NCBI RefSeq assembly: GCF_030684315.1
Contig: NC_081383.1
Coordinates: forward strand, 36,086,180 to 36,150,179
Length of the DNA: 64,000 nucleotides
Direction of reading: 5' to 3'
DNA from: Stegostoma tigrinum
Lineage: Eukaryota
The notes beneath the pieces are model-generated. The model was not told the origin of the DNA. It saw only the letters and a list, made by a program, of their open reading frames with translations, and searched no databases. This document shows positions 1 to 13,275 of the stretch, piece after piece. Made by a program: the position numbers and the translations under genes. The first letter of the stretch is position 1. The number at the start of each line of letters is the position of its first letter.

Positions 1-828
1 CGGGTACAGCGGATGCAGTATACCACATTGGCGGATGTGCAGGTGAACATCTGCTTGGGGGTGAGGGAGGAGGTGTGGGGGCAAGTGTAGCACTTCCTGC
101 GGTTGCAGGGGAAGGTGCCGGGTGTGGTGGGGTTGGAGGGGAGTGTGAAGCGAACAAGGGAGTCACGGAGAGAGTGGTCTCTCCTGAAAGCAGACAAGGG
201 CGGGGTTGGAAAAATGTCTTTAGTGGTGGGGTCAGATTGTAGATGGTGGAAGTGCCGGAGGATGATGCGTTGTATCCGGAGGTTGGTGGAGTGGTATGTA
301 AGGACGAGGGGTATTCTCTTAGGGCAGTTATTGCGGGGGCCGGGTGTGAGGGATGTGTTGTGGGAAATGCGGGAGACACAGTTGAGGGCATTCTCGACCA
401 CTGTGGGGGGAAAGTTGCGGTCCTTGAAGAACGCGGACATCTGGGATGTGCGGGACTGGAATGGCTCATCCTGGGAGCAGATGTGGCGAAGGCAAAGGAA
501 TTGGGAACAGGGGATGGAATTTTTGCAGGAGGGTGGGTGGGAGGAGGTGTATTCCAGGTAGCTGTGGGAGTCGGTAGCCTTGAAATGGACATCAGTTTCT
601 AGCTGGTTGCCTGAGATGGAGACAGAGAGGTCCAGGAAGGTGAGGGATGTGTTGGAGATGGCCCAGGTGAACTGAAGGTTGGGGTGGAAGGTGTTGGTGA
701 AATGGATGAACTGTTCGAGCTCCTCTTGGGAGCATGAGGCGGCGCCGATACAGTCATCAATGTAACAGAGGAAGAGGTGGAGTTTAGGGCCAGTGTAGGT
801 GCGAAAGAGGGACTGTTCCACATAACCT
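1..828 (-). mobile_element. Penelope-like retroelement (Neptune-type) fragment, RT thumb to GIY-YIG start
   Basis: Near-identical to 14010-14870; minus strand encodes RT-thumb and PCNRRKCYTC linker motifs; runs off the window edge. Confidence 0.9.
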
Positions 829-829
829 A

Positions 830-1935
830 AAGACAAAAATTACTGCCTGGAGTTCCCCCACATTCATGAAAATGGCTAGGTAAATCTTGGACTTGGTTGC
901 ACATCAAATATGCAGTCCTTTCATGGATTCAACGATCTTAATCCCTGGGACGATGATAGAAAAGCTGTGCTCATCTTTGGCAACACACAGAGTCCAGGAA
1001 GTGTTGGGCATAGATAATGGGCCATCATTTACCAGCAGGCAATTTAGTTATTTCTTAAAGTCAAAGGGGATTCGACATATTAGAACAGCTACATACCACC
1101 CATCATCTAATGAACTGGCAGACAGGACACTCCAAACTTTGAAGGCTGGATTGTGGGAACAGTCTACAGCCTTGCTGGATACCAAGCTATCATAGTTCAT
1201 GTTGGATTATTGGACCATCCTTCATGCAAGTACAGGGATAGCACTGGCAGAGTTGCTGAAGGGTAGAAGACTCTGCACCACGTTAACTCTGATCTTCCTG
1301 GACCTGGGGTGGAGGGTGAAATGGCATCAGGAACATCGATGCCAGACACAAGGCTCTGCCAAGTAGAAAGACAGTTAAATGCAGGGGCCAAAGCTTGGTG
1401 TTAAAAATCATGGAAATTGCTTTGCATGGGCAAGAGGCATGGTTGATGCAAGGTCAGGACCAGTAACGTATAACATTAAGATTGGTGTGAAGGTCCTGAA
1501 TGAGCATGTGGACCATATGAAAGCTGCGAATTCTCAAATGTTGCAGGAATGAAGCATGCCCTGCTGCTCAGAACTGTCAGAAAAACCCTCAGGATTCCAT
1601 GGGTTCACCCTCTCCATCAAACATTGTCCAGTCTACTCAATCCGAGATGGACATGACAGAAGTAGCCGTCTCAATGGTTTTGCAACTGGATGAAGAATGT
1701 GAAATTCTACAGAGGCACTTCTGGCCCAAGAGAAGAGCTCCCGCGCATTACACGCCTCCCGTGTCGGAATCTGAGTCGGAGGAACCTGATCCGATGCTAA
1801 ACAGCCCAGGAGGCTCTTCAACAGAAAGGGCAGGCCTATGTCTACAGACTTGGAGGGGGAGGTGTGCAGAAGCTCCCTGATTGCGGCTCCTAATCTGAAT
1901 CAATCAGAAAGCCCTGGCTGACAGATAAAAAGAAC
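830..1935 (+). mobile_element. Gypsy/Ty3 LTR retrotransposon remnant (integrase, PPT, start of 3' LTR)
   Basis: ORF 887-1195 has integrase core DNGPSFTS...GIRHIRTATYHPSSNELADR; purine tract GGAGGGGGAGG at ~1851-1862 followed by sequence resembling the solo LTR at 51585. Confidence 0.85.
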
Positions 1936-1959
1936 ACTTCATATTTTAAATATTCTGTT

Positions 1960-3480
1960 CCTCTAACAATAAATACCAACACTTCATTTGCCTTCTGTAT
2001 TACCTGCTGTACCTACATACTAATGCTTTATGATTCATGCATGAGAACACCCGGACCCCTCTGCACTGAAGTGCTCTGCAGTTTTTCTTCACTTAGATAA
2101 TGCGTTGCCTTTCTATTCCTCCAACCAAATGGATAATCTCACACTTATCCTTAATAAACTCCATCTGCCAAATTTTGGCCCGTTCACCTCGCCCATCCAT
2201 ATCCACATGTAAAATTATTTCTTTATTGCAACTTATTGCCCCATCTATTTGTCTATAGTACTTTCTATCCCTGCATCCAAGACATTCATACCGATTGTAA
2301 ATAATAACCAGCTCATCAGTCTACACTTAAACATCAGAAAATTGATGGAAGATGTCAACGATAGTGCTGTGAAGTAACTCTTTGTCAACAAGAACTTACT
2401 CGATGTTCAGTTTGGGTTGTGCCAAACCACATTACAACCTTGGTCCATACATGGACAAAACGAGCTGAATTTCAGAGGGGAGATCAGAATGACATCGAGG
2501 AAGCATTGTTCTCTTTGGAGAGGAGAAGGTTGAAGAAATGAATATTTGATAGAAGTGTTCAATACCATGAGGAGTCTGAAGCAGATAATGAGAATCTGGT
2601 TCCATTGTTGGAAGGATTGAAAACCAGAAGGCATGGATTTAAGGTAGTTAGTAAAAGAAGCAATGACAACATGATGAAAACTGGTTAAGATCTAGAAAGC
2701 ATATTCTAAGCGTGTGGTGGAGATTGGTTCAATTGATGCATTCAAGAGGAAATTGCATTGATATTTTAAAAGTTAGTATGTTTAGCTCTATAGAGGGAAG
2801 ACAAGGCAGTGGTTCTAGGTGAATGCTGCTTTGGAGATCTGGCATAGACATGATGGGCCAAATGGCATCCTTTTATGCTAGTACAATTCTATGATTTGAC
2901 AAAGTGTGACAGCAGGAAGCCCTAGAAAAGGCTATCCACTGGTTAGAGTATTTCCTAGTACAAAGTATGATAAATTATGGTTGTTAGAGGTCAATCATCT
3001 CGACTTGAGGACTTTACTGCAGGAGTTTCTCAGGATAGTGTACTGGGCCTAACTATCTTCAGCTGCTCCATCAACAACTTTTCCTTTGTGATAACATGAG
3101 AGCTCTGAACATCCAGGACAAACCAGCCACTTGACTGGCATCACATCCATCACCTTAAAGATCCACTCCTTCCAAAGCTGACACAGTGGCAGCAGGATGT
3201 ATCGTCTACATGATGACGCTACATAACAACCCATTAGCACTCCTTTGAAAGCAACTTCCATCTGCACATGAGAACACAATGGCCGAATTATTTTCCTCCA
3301 ATTCAACACTATCTTGACTCAGAACTATACCGCCATTCCTTTATAGTCCCTGGGCCAAAGATTTGGGACTCCCTCTCCCCCCATAGATATCTCAACACCA
3401 GATGGACTGTGGCATTCAAGGTGTCTCACCATCTTCCTAAGGATAATAATTGCTGACCTCATCAACAATGCCTCATTAGT
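1960..3480. mobile_element. Old CR1/L2-type LINE fragments in mixed orientation
   Basis: Degraded RT motif GVSQDSVLGLTIFSCSIN at ~3021-3075 (+); CR1-like 3' region ~2500-2890; minus-strand RT remnant ~1960-2310. Confidence 0.6.
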
Positions 3481-4446
3481 GGGTTTTTAAAAATGTAAAC
3501 ATTATCTGCTTCGTTGGTACCTATGACCATTCATGTTTTCAATGGGGAATTTGTTAATGTGAGTCAGTGGGTATACAGTAGGGGCCCAGATGTGCAAAGA
3601 GTCTGTCGGTGATTTAGGGACATTTTGCTGGCTGTGACATGGTATGGAGTGGGTTAGGTGAGAGTGTGCTGATATAGACCACCTGCTGTGAGAAGAGATG
3701 TGAGGTGAGCTGGGTCGATTGTGAATAATTCAATTGGCATTTTATTAATTCAGGAGATGTTTAACATTCTAGTATACATTTTAATACTGCTTTTTAAATG
3801 TGGATCACTTTCCTTCTTGCTATTGTGCAATGAGTTGGTTTGAATTGCTTCTTTTGCTGTCACCTAGTGGCATCTTATAGGAACTGCACCTAGAACTTGC
3901 CCGAAGAAACTGCTGATAGAGTCATGGAGGTATACAGTATGGAAACAGACCCTTCAGTCCAACTCGTCCATGCTGACCAGATATCTTAAACTAATCTAGT
4001 CTCATTAGCCAGTATTTGGCCCATATCCCTCTAAACACTGTCTATACATATACCCATCCAGATGACTTTTAAATGTAATTGTACCAGCCTCCGCCACTTC
4101 CTCTGGCAGCTCATTCCATACACCCACCACCCTCTGTGTGAAAAGGTTGCCCTTTGATCCCTTTTAAATCATTCCCCTTTCACCTTAAAACAATGCCCTC
4201 TAGTCATAGGCTACTCTACCCTGGAGTAAAGACCTTGACTATTCACCCTATCCATGCCCTTCATGATTTTATAAGCTTCTATAAGGTCACCTCGCAGCCT
4301 CCGATGCTCCGGGGAAAATAGCTCCAGGCTATTCAGCCTCTCTGCATAGCTTAAACCCTCCGACTCTGGCAACATCTTTGTAAATCGTATCTGCACATTT
4401 TCAAGTTTCACAACGTCTTTCCTAAAGCAGGAGGACCAGAATTGAA

Positions 4447-4577
4447 GAGATAATGGGAACTGCAGATGCTGGAGACTCCAAGATAATAAAATGTGAGGCT
4501 GGATGAACACAGCAGGCCAAGCAGCATCTCAGGAGCACAAAAGCTGACGTTTCGGGCCTAGACCCTTCATCAGAGAG
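4447..4577 (-). mobile_element. Solo PLE terminal-repeat mini-insertion inside CR1
   Basis: Matches the terminal repeat at 13276-13405; flanked by 8-bp TSD GAATTGAA (4439-4446 / 4578-4585). Confidence 0.85.
4543..4576 (-). ncRNA. Minimal hammerhead ribozyme motif (PLE type)
   Basis: Minus strand reads CT-CTGATGA-A-GGGT(CTAG)GCCC-GAAA-CGTC-AG: intact core boxes, stem II, palindromic ACGT in place of stem III, GUC site; stem I only 2 bp. Confidence 0.7.
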
Positions 4578-6249
4578 GAATTGAACGCAGTTTTCCAAAA
4601 GTGGCCTAATCAATGTCCTGTACAGCCACAACATGACCTCCCAACTCCTATACTCAATGCACTGACCAACAAAGACAAGTGTACTAAACATTTTCTTCAC
4701 TATCTTGTCTACATGTGACTCCACATTCAAGGAAATATGAACTTGCACTAAAAGGCCTCTTTTTCGGCAGCACTCCCCAGGACCTTAATATTAAGTGTTT
4801 CAGTCCTGCCCTGATTTGCCTTTTGAAAGTGCAGCGCTTCTCATTTGTCTAAATTAAACTCCATCTGCCAGCCCTCGGCCCATTGGCTCACCTGATCAAG
4901 GTCCTGTTGTATTCCGAGGTTACTTCCTTCACTGTCCACTACAGCTGTAATTTGTCATCTGCAAACTTGCTAACCATACCTCCTATATTCACATCAGATT
5001 ATTTATATAAATGATGAAAAGCAGTAGATCCTTGTGGCACACTGCTGTTCACAGGACTTGAGTCTGAAAAGCAACCCTCCGCTACCACCCTCTGTCTCCG
5101 ATGTTTGAGCCAGTTCTATATCCAAATGACTAGTTCTCCTTGTGTTCCATGTGATCTAACCTTGATAAACAATCTACCATGCAGAACCTTGTCGTATGCC
5201 TGACTGAAGTCCATATAGATCACATCCACTGCTCTGCCTTCATCAATCCTCTTCATTAATTCTTCAAAAAACTCAATCAGGTTTGTGAGACATGATTTCC
5301 CATGCACAAAATCATGTTGATTATCCCTAATCAATCCTGGTCTTTTCAAATACATGTAAATCCTGTCCCTTAGAATCCCCTCCAATAATTTACCCACCAC
5401 TGAGGTCAGGCTCACTGACTTATAGTTTCCTGGCTCTTCCTTACCACCTTTCTTCAAAAGTGGCACCATGTTAGCCAACCTCCAGCCTTCCGGCACGTCA
5501 CTCATGGCAGTTGATGACACAAATATCTCAGCAAGGAGCTCTGCAATCACTTCTCAAGCTTTCCACAGAGTTCTAGGGTACACCTGATCTGGTCTTGGGG
5601 ATTTACCCACCTTTATGGATTTTAAGACCTCCAGCACCTCCTCCTCTGTAACATGGACACTTTTCAAGATGTCACTTTTTTATTTCCCTGCATTCTATAA
5701 CTTCCATATCCTTCTTCCCAGTAAACACTGATGCAATATACTCATTTTGTAACTTAAAATAACTATGTAATGGTAAAGGGCACTGTACCATATCCTGGGC
5801 AACTCCATTCTCAATTCTTATGGGGATTTAGTCATAAGATTCTAAGTAACAGTGCAGTTTAAAGAGAAGACTAGAATTATTTTCATATGAAATTTGAGTA
5901 GACTTCGAGTTGTGGCCAAATTTTAAATGAAATAAATTCAACCCAACGTTTCAATCAGTGGGTGTGAGTGACTAAGTTATTTTCACAAGTATATTACCAG
6001 ATTTAGTGTTTGCCTGAAGATGTTCCCCAACTTGTTGGGAATTTATCTCTGTACTGTTCAGGCTGGCAAACTGCAGGTGTATAGTCTATATAAACAGGGA
6101 TTGTGTTCAGCTTGTATAAGATATGCAATTAGGTAGGTCCTAACTGGAGGATTTTCAGTTATCCCATTAGAAAGATCCATAATTAAAGGACTGTTTAGTA
6201 GGAACTTGCAGTGGATTCTGATATCACTGCTCACCTTTTTGTATGAAAT

Positions 6250-8900
6250 TCATTTGCTAGAAAACTGGAAGGGATCAAAATAGAACCATTGCTCAAGACC
6301 TTATGTAAGAATTTCTCCTGATTATTGGGCTTTAAAATTGTGTGATGAGTTCCTTTGTTCCTTAATGATCTGGCTTTAACTTTAAACATTGCATTCCTTT
6401 TTCTTGATTTCCCTGACAGAAGAAAAATGATTTCCATACTGACTGCACGTAATCCTTTGATATTTTACTTCAACCAGATTACACTACAACTTTCTAAACT
6501 AAACACAAGACAGACTTATGTAACCTATCCCCATAATTTGATTTTCTAAATCCAGGCATTATTCTGGCAAGTATATGTTGAACTGCTCCATGGCCAATAT
6601 ATTCTTCCTGAGATGTGGTCCCCAAAACTGAATACAGCACCCTGGATGGAGACTAATGAAGACTCAATACAACTGAAGCATCACTTCCATTGATTTGTAA
6701 CTTTGGTCTTTATGATTATGAATGGGATTAAAGCTCCACAGAGCAGTTGGTTACTGATTTCTGTGCTGTGAGGATATCGGTAGATATTGAACAAATTCAG
6801 GAACGTGGAGCCGGAGTACAGTTAGCCTAAAGATGCAATAGAATTGAAAAAGATATGGGATCTTTGCCTGTTACAATATTCCTCCAGAGCTGTAGAATTG
6901 ATATGACTGCTGTTCAATATATTCTGTACCTCAGCTTTGTGCCAAAATAACCTCAGGTATCTTGCAATTTTCATACGGGCTCTAATGCTCCCATTATTTC
7001 CACATTATTCATGGGGACAGCAGGATAGATACTCCCCTAGATAAAAGTATTTCACAAATAGGCCAAATACAAATGGTAGAACACTTAGGAAAATGAGGAC
7101 AAAGCTAAATTTCACAAACCAACACCTATCCTCTGGCACCGTTTAGGTCTCTTGCAGTAGCTAGAAGTTGATTTTAAATTTGTCACAAGAAATAAGTGGG
7201 CCAGTTTTGAATATACTTGATGACTGAGTCCCTACAGCTGTCTGAGGTAGAGAATTCAAAAATTCACAAGCTTTGTTGAGAAAGGAGGAATAAATGGGTG
7301 ACCCTTTCTTTCTAAACTTTTCCCTCAAGTTCTCGAGTTCCCTGTGAGGGGAAACTTTCTGTCTCGTCAAGCCCCTTCCAAATCTTTTATGTTTCAGAAA
7401 AACCACCTCTAACTGTTCCAAACTCTGAGACCAATCTGTTCAATGCTTCTTCATTCCACGACTCATATCTGAACTGCCTGTAACACATGCATAATCCCAT
7501 TTTAAATAAGGAAACCAAAACTGCACACAATATTCAAGATATGGTCTCACCAATTCACTGCAGACTGTTGCAACACTTATCATGATATTCCATTTTCATT
7601 GTAACAAAGCAGAGTTAACCTGGCTTTATGATAGGGAAATAAGGTTTGATAAATTTAATGCTTATTTGAGGATGTAACAAGCAGAGTTAATAAAGTGGAC
7701 CTGTGGATATAGTGGATATAGAATCCCAAACATTCCATTTGCCTTCCCAATTACCCGCTGTACTTGCATATTAACTTGATGTGTTGAATGTACTAGGACA
7801 CCCAGATCCCTCTGTACCATGGTAATTGCTGGTGCACATTTTTTTTTCTATTTGAGGAACTTTGGGAAGTGTTGAAAGGATCCTCAGGCTGATCTATCTC
7901 ATTCACATTCCTTCTGTGACCATCAAGTCTTGGAGTGGAACTTGAACAAAGAGTTCGGAACAACATGTCAGGTGAACTACTCACTGAGCCACAGACCTCC
8001 AGCATTTAACTAATATTTTTCTTTTCTGCCTACCAAAGTGGATAAGTTCACATTTTCCCACTATGCAGCTCACCTGTCTTTCTTTTGTCTCCCTACTTAC
8101 CCTAATTACACACATCCCCTTTGCAGGCTGTTTGTGTTCTGTTCACAATTGGTTCTCATCTGTCTTTGTATCTCCGGCATAATTGGCCAGAATGAATTTG
8201 GTGCTTTCATCACTGATCCTAGTTCCTGTTTACCAACCTGTATATTTATAACCAGCTCTTCATTACCTGTTAATTAGCAATCATCTATCAATGCCCCAAC
8301 TTCATAGATTCATATCTTGTGTAATAACTATTATATGGCACCTTTTTGCCTTTTGAAAATCCAAATACACTACATCTATTGATTTTACTTCATTCTCTCA
8401 GCTTATAACATCCTTGTGGAACTTCAATAAAATTGTCCAGCATCATTTTCCTGAAGAAAAAATCAGTGTTGATTCTGCTTAATTGTATCATGATTTCCCA
8501 AACATCCTGTTGCTTCTTAATAATGGATTCTGGCATTTTCCCACTGACAGATTTCAAACTAACCAGCCTATAATTTTTTTGCCCTCTGTCTCATTCTTTA
8601 CTTGAATAGGAGCACTACATTTGTGGTTTGCCAATCCACTGGCAAAATCTAGGGATTTTTGAAAAATTACAACTGCATCCCGTTCTCTGCAGCCTGAGCT
8701 TTTAGGAGCCTGGAATGCATTGTGTCAAGTCCTTTCTGCCCTTAGTCTCAAAAGTTTGCATTGTACTTCTTTTGTAGAGTGAAATTTGCTTTAGATTCCT
8801 CCCTCCCCTTGATCTCATCTACCATTGAAACAAATACAAAATATTCGTTCAGTGTCTTTCTCTCATTTCCTTTTTTCCTATTATTAATTCACTCACTTCT
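6250..8900 (-). mobile_element. Highly decayed CR1-type LINE fragments
   Basis: Scattered similarity to the CR1 copies elsewhere in the window (e.g. 6590-6690, 7200-7570, 8330-8760); no intact ORF. Confidence 0.5.
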
Positions 8901-9319
8901 AACGTCTTAAAATGGAATCAATGGAACTACTGCAGATTCCTGTACAACAGTTTGCAATGGATGCCATAATATGTGGTTTGAACAACTGGACTCTCAGTCA
9001 ATAAATTCTGATATCTCGGATATTAGAACCTGAACCTGTCTGAAATGTATTGCCTTTATAACCTGGTGTGACAAAGAGAACCTAAATGTGCCTGAGGTAC
9101 TTTCCACTGAAACTATTCTCATAGTCTTCTGGAATTAATTTACTTCACATCCTCTGCCCAAGTGTCTGTAAGTCAGACTGAAGCACAAGGCTGAACTGAT
9201 ATGTGACAAATTTTGAACCAGAATAGAAAAAAAGTTACATCAGCAGAGTACAGCATAAGGATAGAGTAACATTCACATTGCAGAACTTGCGGAGTTGGGG
9301 GAGGCCATTAGACCCCTTT

Positions 9320-9690
9320 TTATGATTTGATTTATTATCGTCACATGCAGCTAGATACAGTGAAAATTATTGTTTTACATACTAACCAGATATATAATAC
9401 CTCACATAAGCACAGAGTAACAGAACAGAATGCAGAATATGTTACAGCCACAGAGAAGGTGCACAGTAAAATCAACTCTAATAGAGGAAAAGTCCACTCA
9501 TAAGTCTGATAACAGTAGGGAGGAAGCTGTTCTTAAATCCGTTGGTATGCGTTTTCAAACTTTTGTGTCTTCTGCCCGATGAAACAGGATGGAAGAGAGT
9601 ATAACTGGGGTGGGAGTGGACTTTGATGATGTTGGCTGCTTTCCGGAGGAAGTGGGAAGTGCAGATGGAGCCAATAGATGGAAGGTTGCA
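9320..9690 (-). mobile_element. Rex1/Babar-like LINE 3' fragment
   Basis: Tail TTTGATTTATTATCGTCACATG and AGGAAGCTGTTCTTAAATCCGTTGGT...CTTCTGCCCGATG block typical of this clade (recognised from memory). Confidence 0.55.
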
Positions 9691-12491
9691 CTGCCATTCA
9701 AATATGGAGTGTTCATTTAAAACAGACGTGAGGAAACTATTTTTTCTCTCTGTGACGATTGTGAGTTTTTAGAAATTTTTTCCTGAAAAGACAACTACAG
9801 ACTCTTTCAATATTTTTAAGGCAGAGGGAGATAGATTCTTAATTACCAATGGGATGAGGGATTATTGGGGATATGATCTTATTGAATGGCAGAGCAGGCT
9901 TAACTAGTTGAGTGGCCGACTCTTGCTCCTGGTTTGTAAATAGATAATGGCTAATCTTCCAGCTGAACGCCATTTTCCCATATTACTCCTTGATACCTTT
10001 AATATCCATAAATCTATCAATCTCTGTCTTGAATGTACCTGATACCCGAGCTGCTTCAGCTTTCTGATAAAGAATTCCAAAGATTCACTGCCCTCTGAAT
10101 GAAGAAATTCTCTGTCTCTTATTCGGAGGCTATGTGTTGCTTTTAGAAGCCCTCAACTCAGGGGAAACATCCTTCCTGCATTTGCTGTGAGGGGTCAGTA
10201 TGAACGTGATGTGCTTGGGGCTCTGTCTGAGTGACTGCTGTGCATAGCCATTGTTCAGCATATGACAAACTTTACAAAGAAAAACAAGAAATGCTGAAAA
10301 AAATCACCCTCTGGAGAGAGAAACAGAATTAACCTGTCAGACTCCATCTGAACTAGAGAAATTATAGATGAAAGCTAAAAGCAAATATAGGAAGGTCGGG
10401 GGGGGGGTGCATATGGTGGGAGTTGAGTACAAAAGGACAGGTATGTGATAGGAAGGAAAACAGACAAGATTAAATGATAAATGACACAACAGCATAAAGC
10501 AATGGAAGATGGTGATGAGACAAGGAATCAAACCAAAAAAAAACATCATAAGGTGCTGTTTCTGTTTGTGGCAAAATAACAGGGTGCGTGATGGAAGCAT
10601 ATGAGATCTGGCAAAGAAGGAAAGGTTTTTATGTCCTGTGGTTGGAGGAGAAAGCTAAATGAACCAGCTGTGTACTACTTTTCCAGCTCTGTACTGATAA
10701 GGGATACATTCAGTTAGGCGATGAAAATAAAATTGCTTATAATTATAATTATGACTCCCAATATTTTAGGCTGTAGCTAATGATTATGTTGTTACTACTT
10801 ACAGCTTCTCTAGATCGTCTTTTGTTTCTTTACTTGTCCTATTACTGTATATATCCTGCCTTCGACCATTTTCACTGTTTCAAGTGATGATGACAATTGC
10901 ATCTCTACAAACATTCCCTATTATTATTTAAATAGTGCTTATCTCCTACCTTTCCTAGCATCTGTATTTGCTAAAACTTGTAACGTCTTTTGGTTTTGAT
11001 GCAAGGTTGTCGACCCACTTTTCTCTCCACTGATGCTGCCTGAGTATTTCCAGCAGTTTCTGTTTTTAATTCAGTTATCCAATATTAGTTTTTTTTATTG
11101 AAAGCAATCATTTGGATTGGAAATGTGAAGAGGTATAAACAGGTTAGCTGCACCCGCTTTCAACCTGGACTGTGTACAGATGCCTTTGAAAATGTGTTTG
11201 CCAGTGATCATTAAGACAAGTTGCTGTCCATTTGTTTTATAAAGGACTGGTTGAACAAACATAGTGTTCAACCAAACTAAGACTTGTCATAAAAATGATT
11301 CTAAAAGACTGAGTTTTGAGATCAGGTCTCAAAAGATACTCAAAATTTTGCTGAGTTGATAATCAAAGGAATGCAGAAGATACTTTATTCAATACATAAT
11401 TTGAATTCTAGCAGAAGAGTCAATAATTCTGTTCTAATTCCCCACATAATTTCTCCCAGCACCACAATATCCAAGATATCAGTTTTCTGCTGATTCTGCT
11501 CTCAAGCTTTCCTTTTTTTAATCCCTTCATCAGCAGCCATGACTTCAACTGCTATGCCATTAAATGCTAGAACTTCCTCTGTGAATTTCGCTGTTTCTGT
11601 ATCTCTTTTTCTTCCTTTTGAGATGCTACTTAAAAACTTAACTCTCTGTGAGCATTTTTTTAGTCCTCATGTATCAATGTCAGGTTTTATTTTAGGTTGA
11701 CTTGGAAGGTGTAACTTCATTAAAGGCACTTAAAAAATATTGGTTATTGTTGTTAGTTATTTGTGTTTTAATTTGTAATATTCCATTACTCAGAAATGCA
11801 GCAAGCCATTTGAAAGATAGTCCCTGGCTTCAGCAAGCCAGGCATAAATGTCTAAAATGTGCAGACATGTGACAGATGAAATTTAACATACGTATGAGAT
11901 TATGCAATTTGAAAGCAAGACAAGACAAAATATGAATTAAAGGCACTATTAAATAATGGACAAATAGAAGTACAAGGAAACCTGGAGGTGATGTGCACAA
12001 ATCCTTGAAGGTTGCATTAGGTTGCAAAGTTTGCTTAAAGAACCAAACAGGATCCCTGGTTTCATGAAGTTAATGTGAAAGCAGTGATATATGTTAACCA
12101 TCTGTAAACCATTGCTTCAGCCCTATCTAGATTATTTGCCCTATTCTGGGTACCATACTTTAGAAAGAATGTTAAGGTCTTTAAGAGTGTTAAGATTTCT
12201 TAATGACAATACCAAGTCTTCAGTAACATTGAAAATCTGAGATTGTTCACCACGTTGTATACAGTGATCAAATGTTTCAGCTTTTCATTAAATAATTCAC
12301 TGCCCCAATGATTTCCTTTTTTAAAAAATAAATTGAATGTTCTAGCTTTCACCATTATGTTTTCTGTCAAATGAAAACTGGGACTGGGGAGAAAATCTGT
12401 AGAACTCATCCATGTTCCTTTATTATTTTGCATTGGGCATGCAACGGACCTGTATCTCTTCTCCCACTCTCCCCTCAAATCCTCCAATGAA

Positions 12492-12650
12492 GTTTGGTTA
12501 GCTCAGTTAGCTGATGTCTCATTTGTGTTAGAAAGTGACACCAACCGTGTGGGTTCAATTTCCACTTTTTCAATCTTGCCTTTCACCTGCAGATTAAACT
12601 ACTATCAGCTGTCTCTCTAATGAGACAGTTGGATTATGGTGACTTCACTA
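12492..12650 (+). mobile_element. tRNA-derived SINE
   Basis: A-box-like TTAGCTCAGTTAG and B-box-like GGTTCAATTTCC followed by a non-tRNA body. Confidence 0.6.
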
Positions 12651-13275
12651 TTAATGGATCAAAAATAAAGAAGATTTATTACCAGTGACGCAAGTGTTGG
12701 AACTATAGGTTACTTATTTAAGGTGGTTTGGAAAGTAATTGAGGTGGGATGACAACTACTCTTTTTGCAATCTGTTGTTCACTGGAAAGCACTAATGGAA
12801 CGGGCAGTGAAAGCAGATGCAACTTTAATTTTCAGAAGGATTTCCAAATATATCGAGTGGAAGCAGGACAATGGAAAAACACAGGAATTGAAATAATAAT
12901 GGCCAGCTCTTTAAAGAAGTGGCACAGAAAAAAAATGGTCCTGAAGGCCTATTCCCGTGCTGCTTCATTTCATGGCTGAATTCAAGAACAGGGTCACAGA
13001 ACTGTTCTGGTGCAAAGCAAGGCCATTTGGCCCGTCGCCTCTACCAGGCCAAACACAAATTCAAGGAAAAGGCAAATAATCTGGGAGTCTGGAATAAAAA
13101 CAGAAGGTGCAGTATCGATTCAGGTGTCATCTGTCCAGACGCAAACTGATGGTCAAATGTCATCTCATTTGGGAGAACTTAGAAATTCTACTTCTCAATG
13201 AGATATATCAGTGCCTTTTTGAGGAACAGGTGATGAACATCGGGATCAAAGATAAACAAATAGGAGCAAATTACT

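Larger units (their letters stand above)
3915..5745 (-). mobile_element. CR1-clade LINE, 5'-truncated, degraded ORF2
   Basis: ORFs 5116-5550 (PGNYKSVSLTSVVGKLLE, HGKSCLTNLIEFFE, YMDFSQAYDKV), 4422-4748 and 4211-4510 (RRLRGDLIEAYKIM). Confidence 0.9.
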
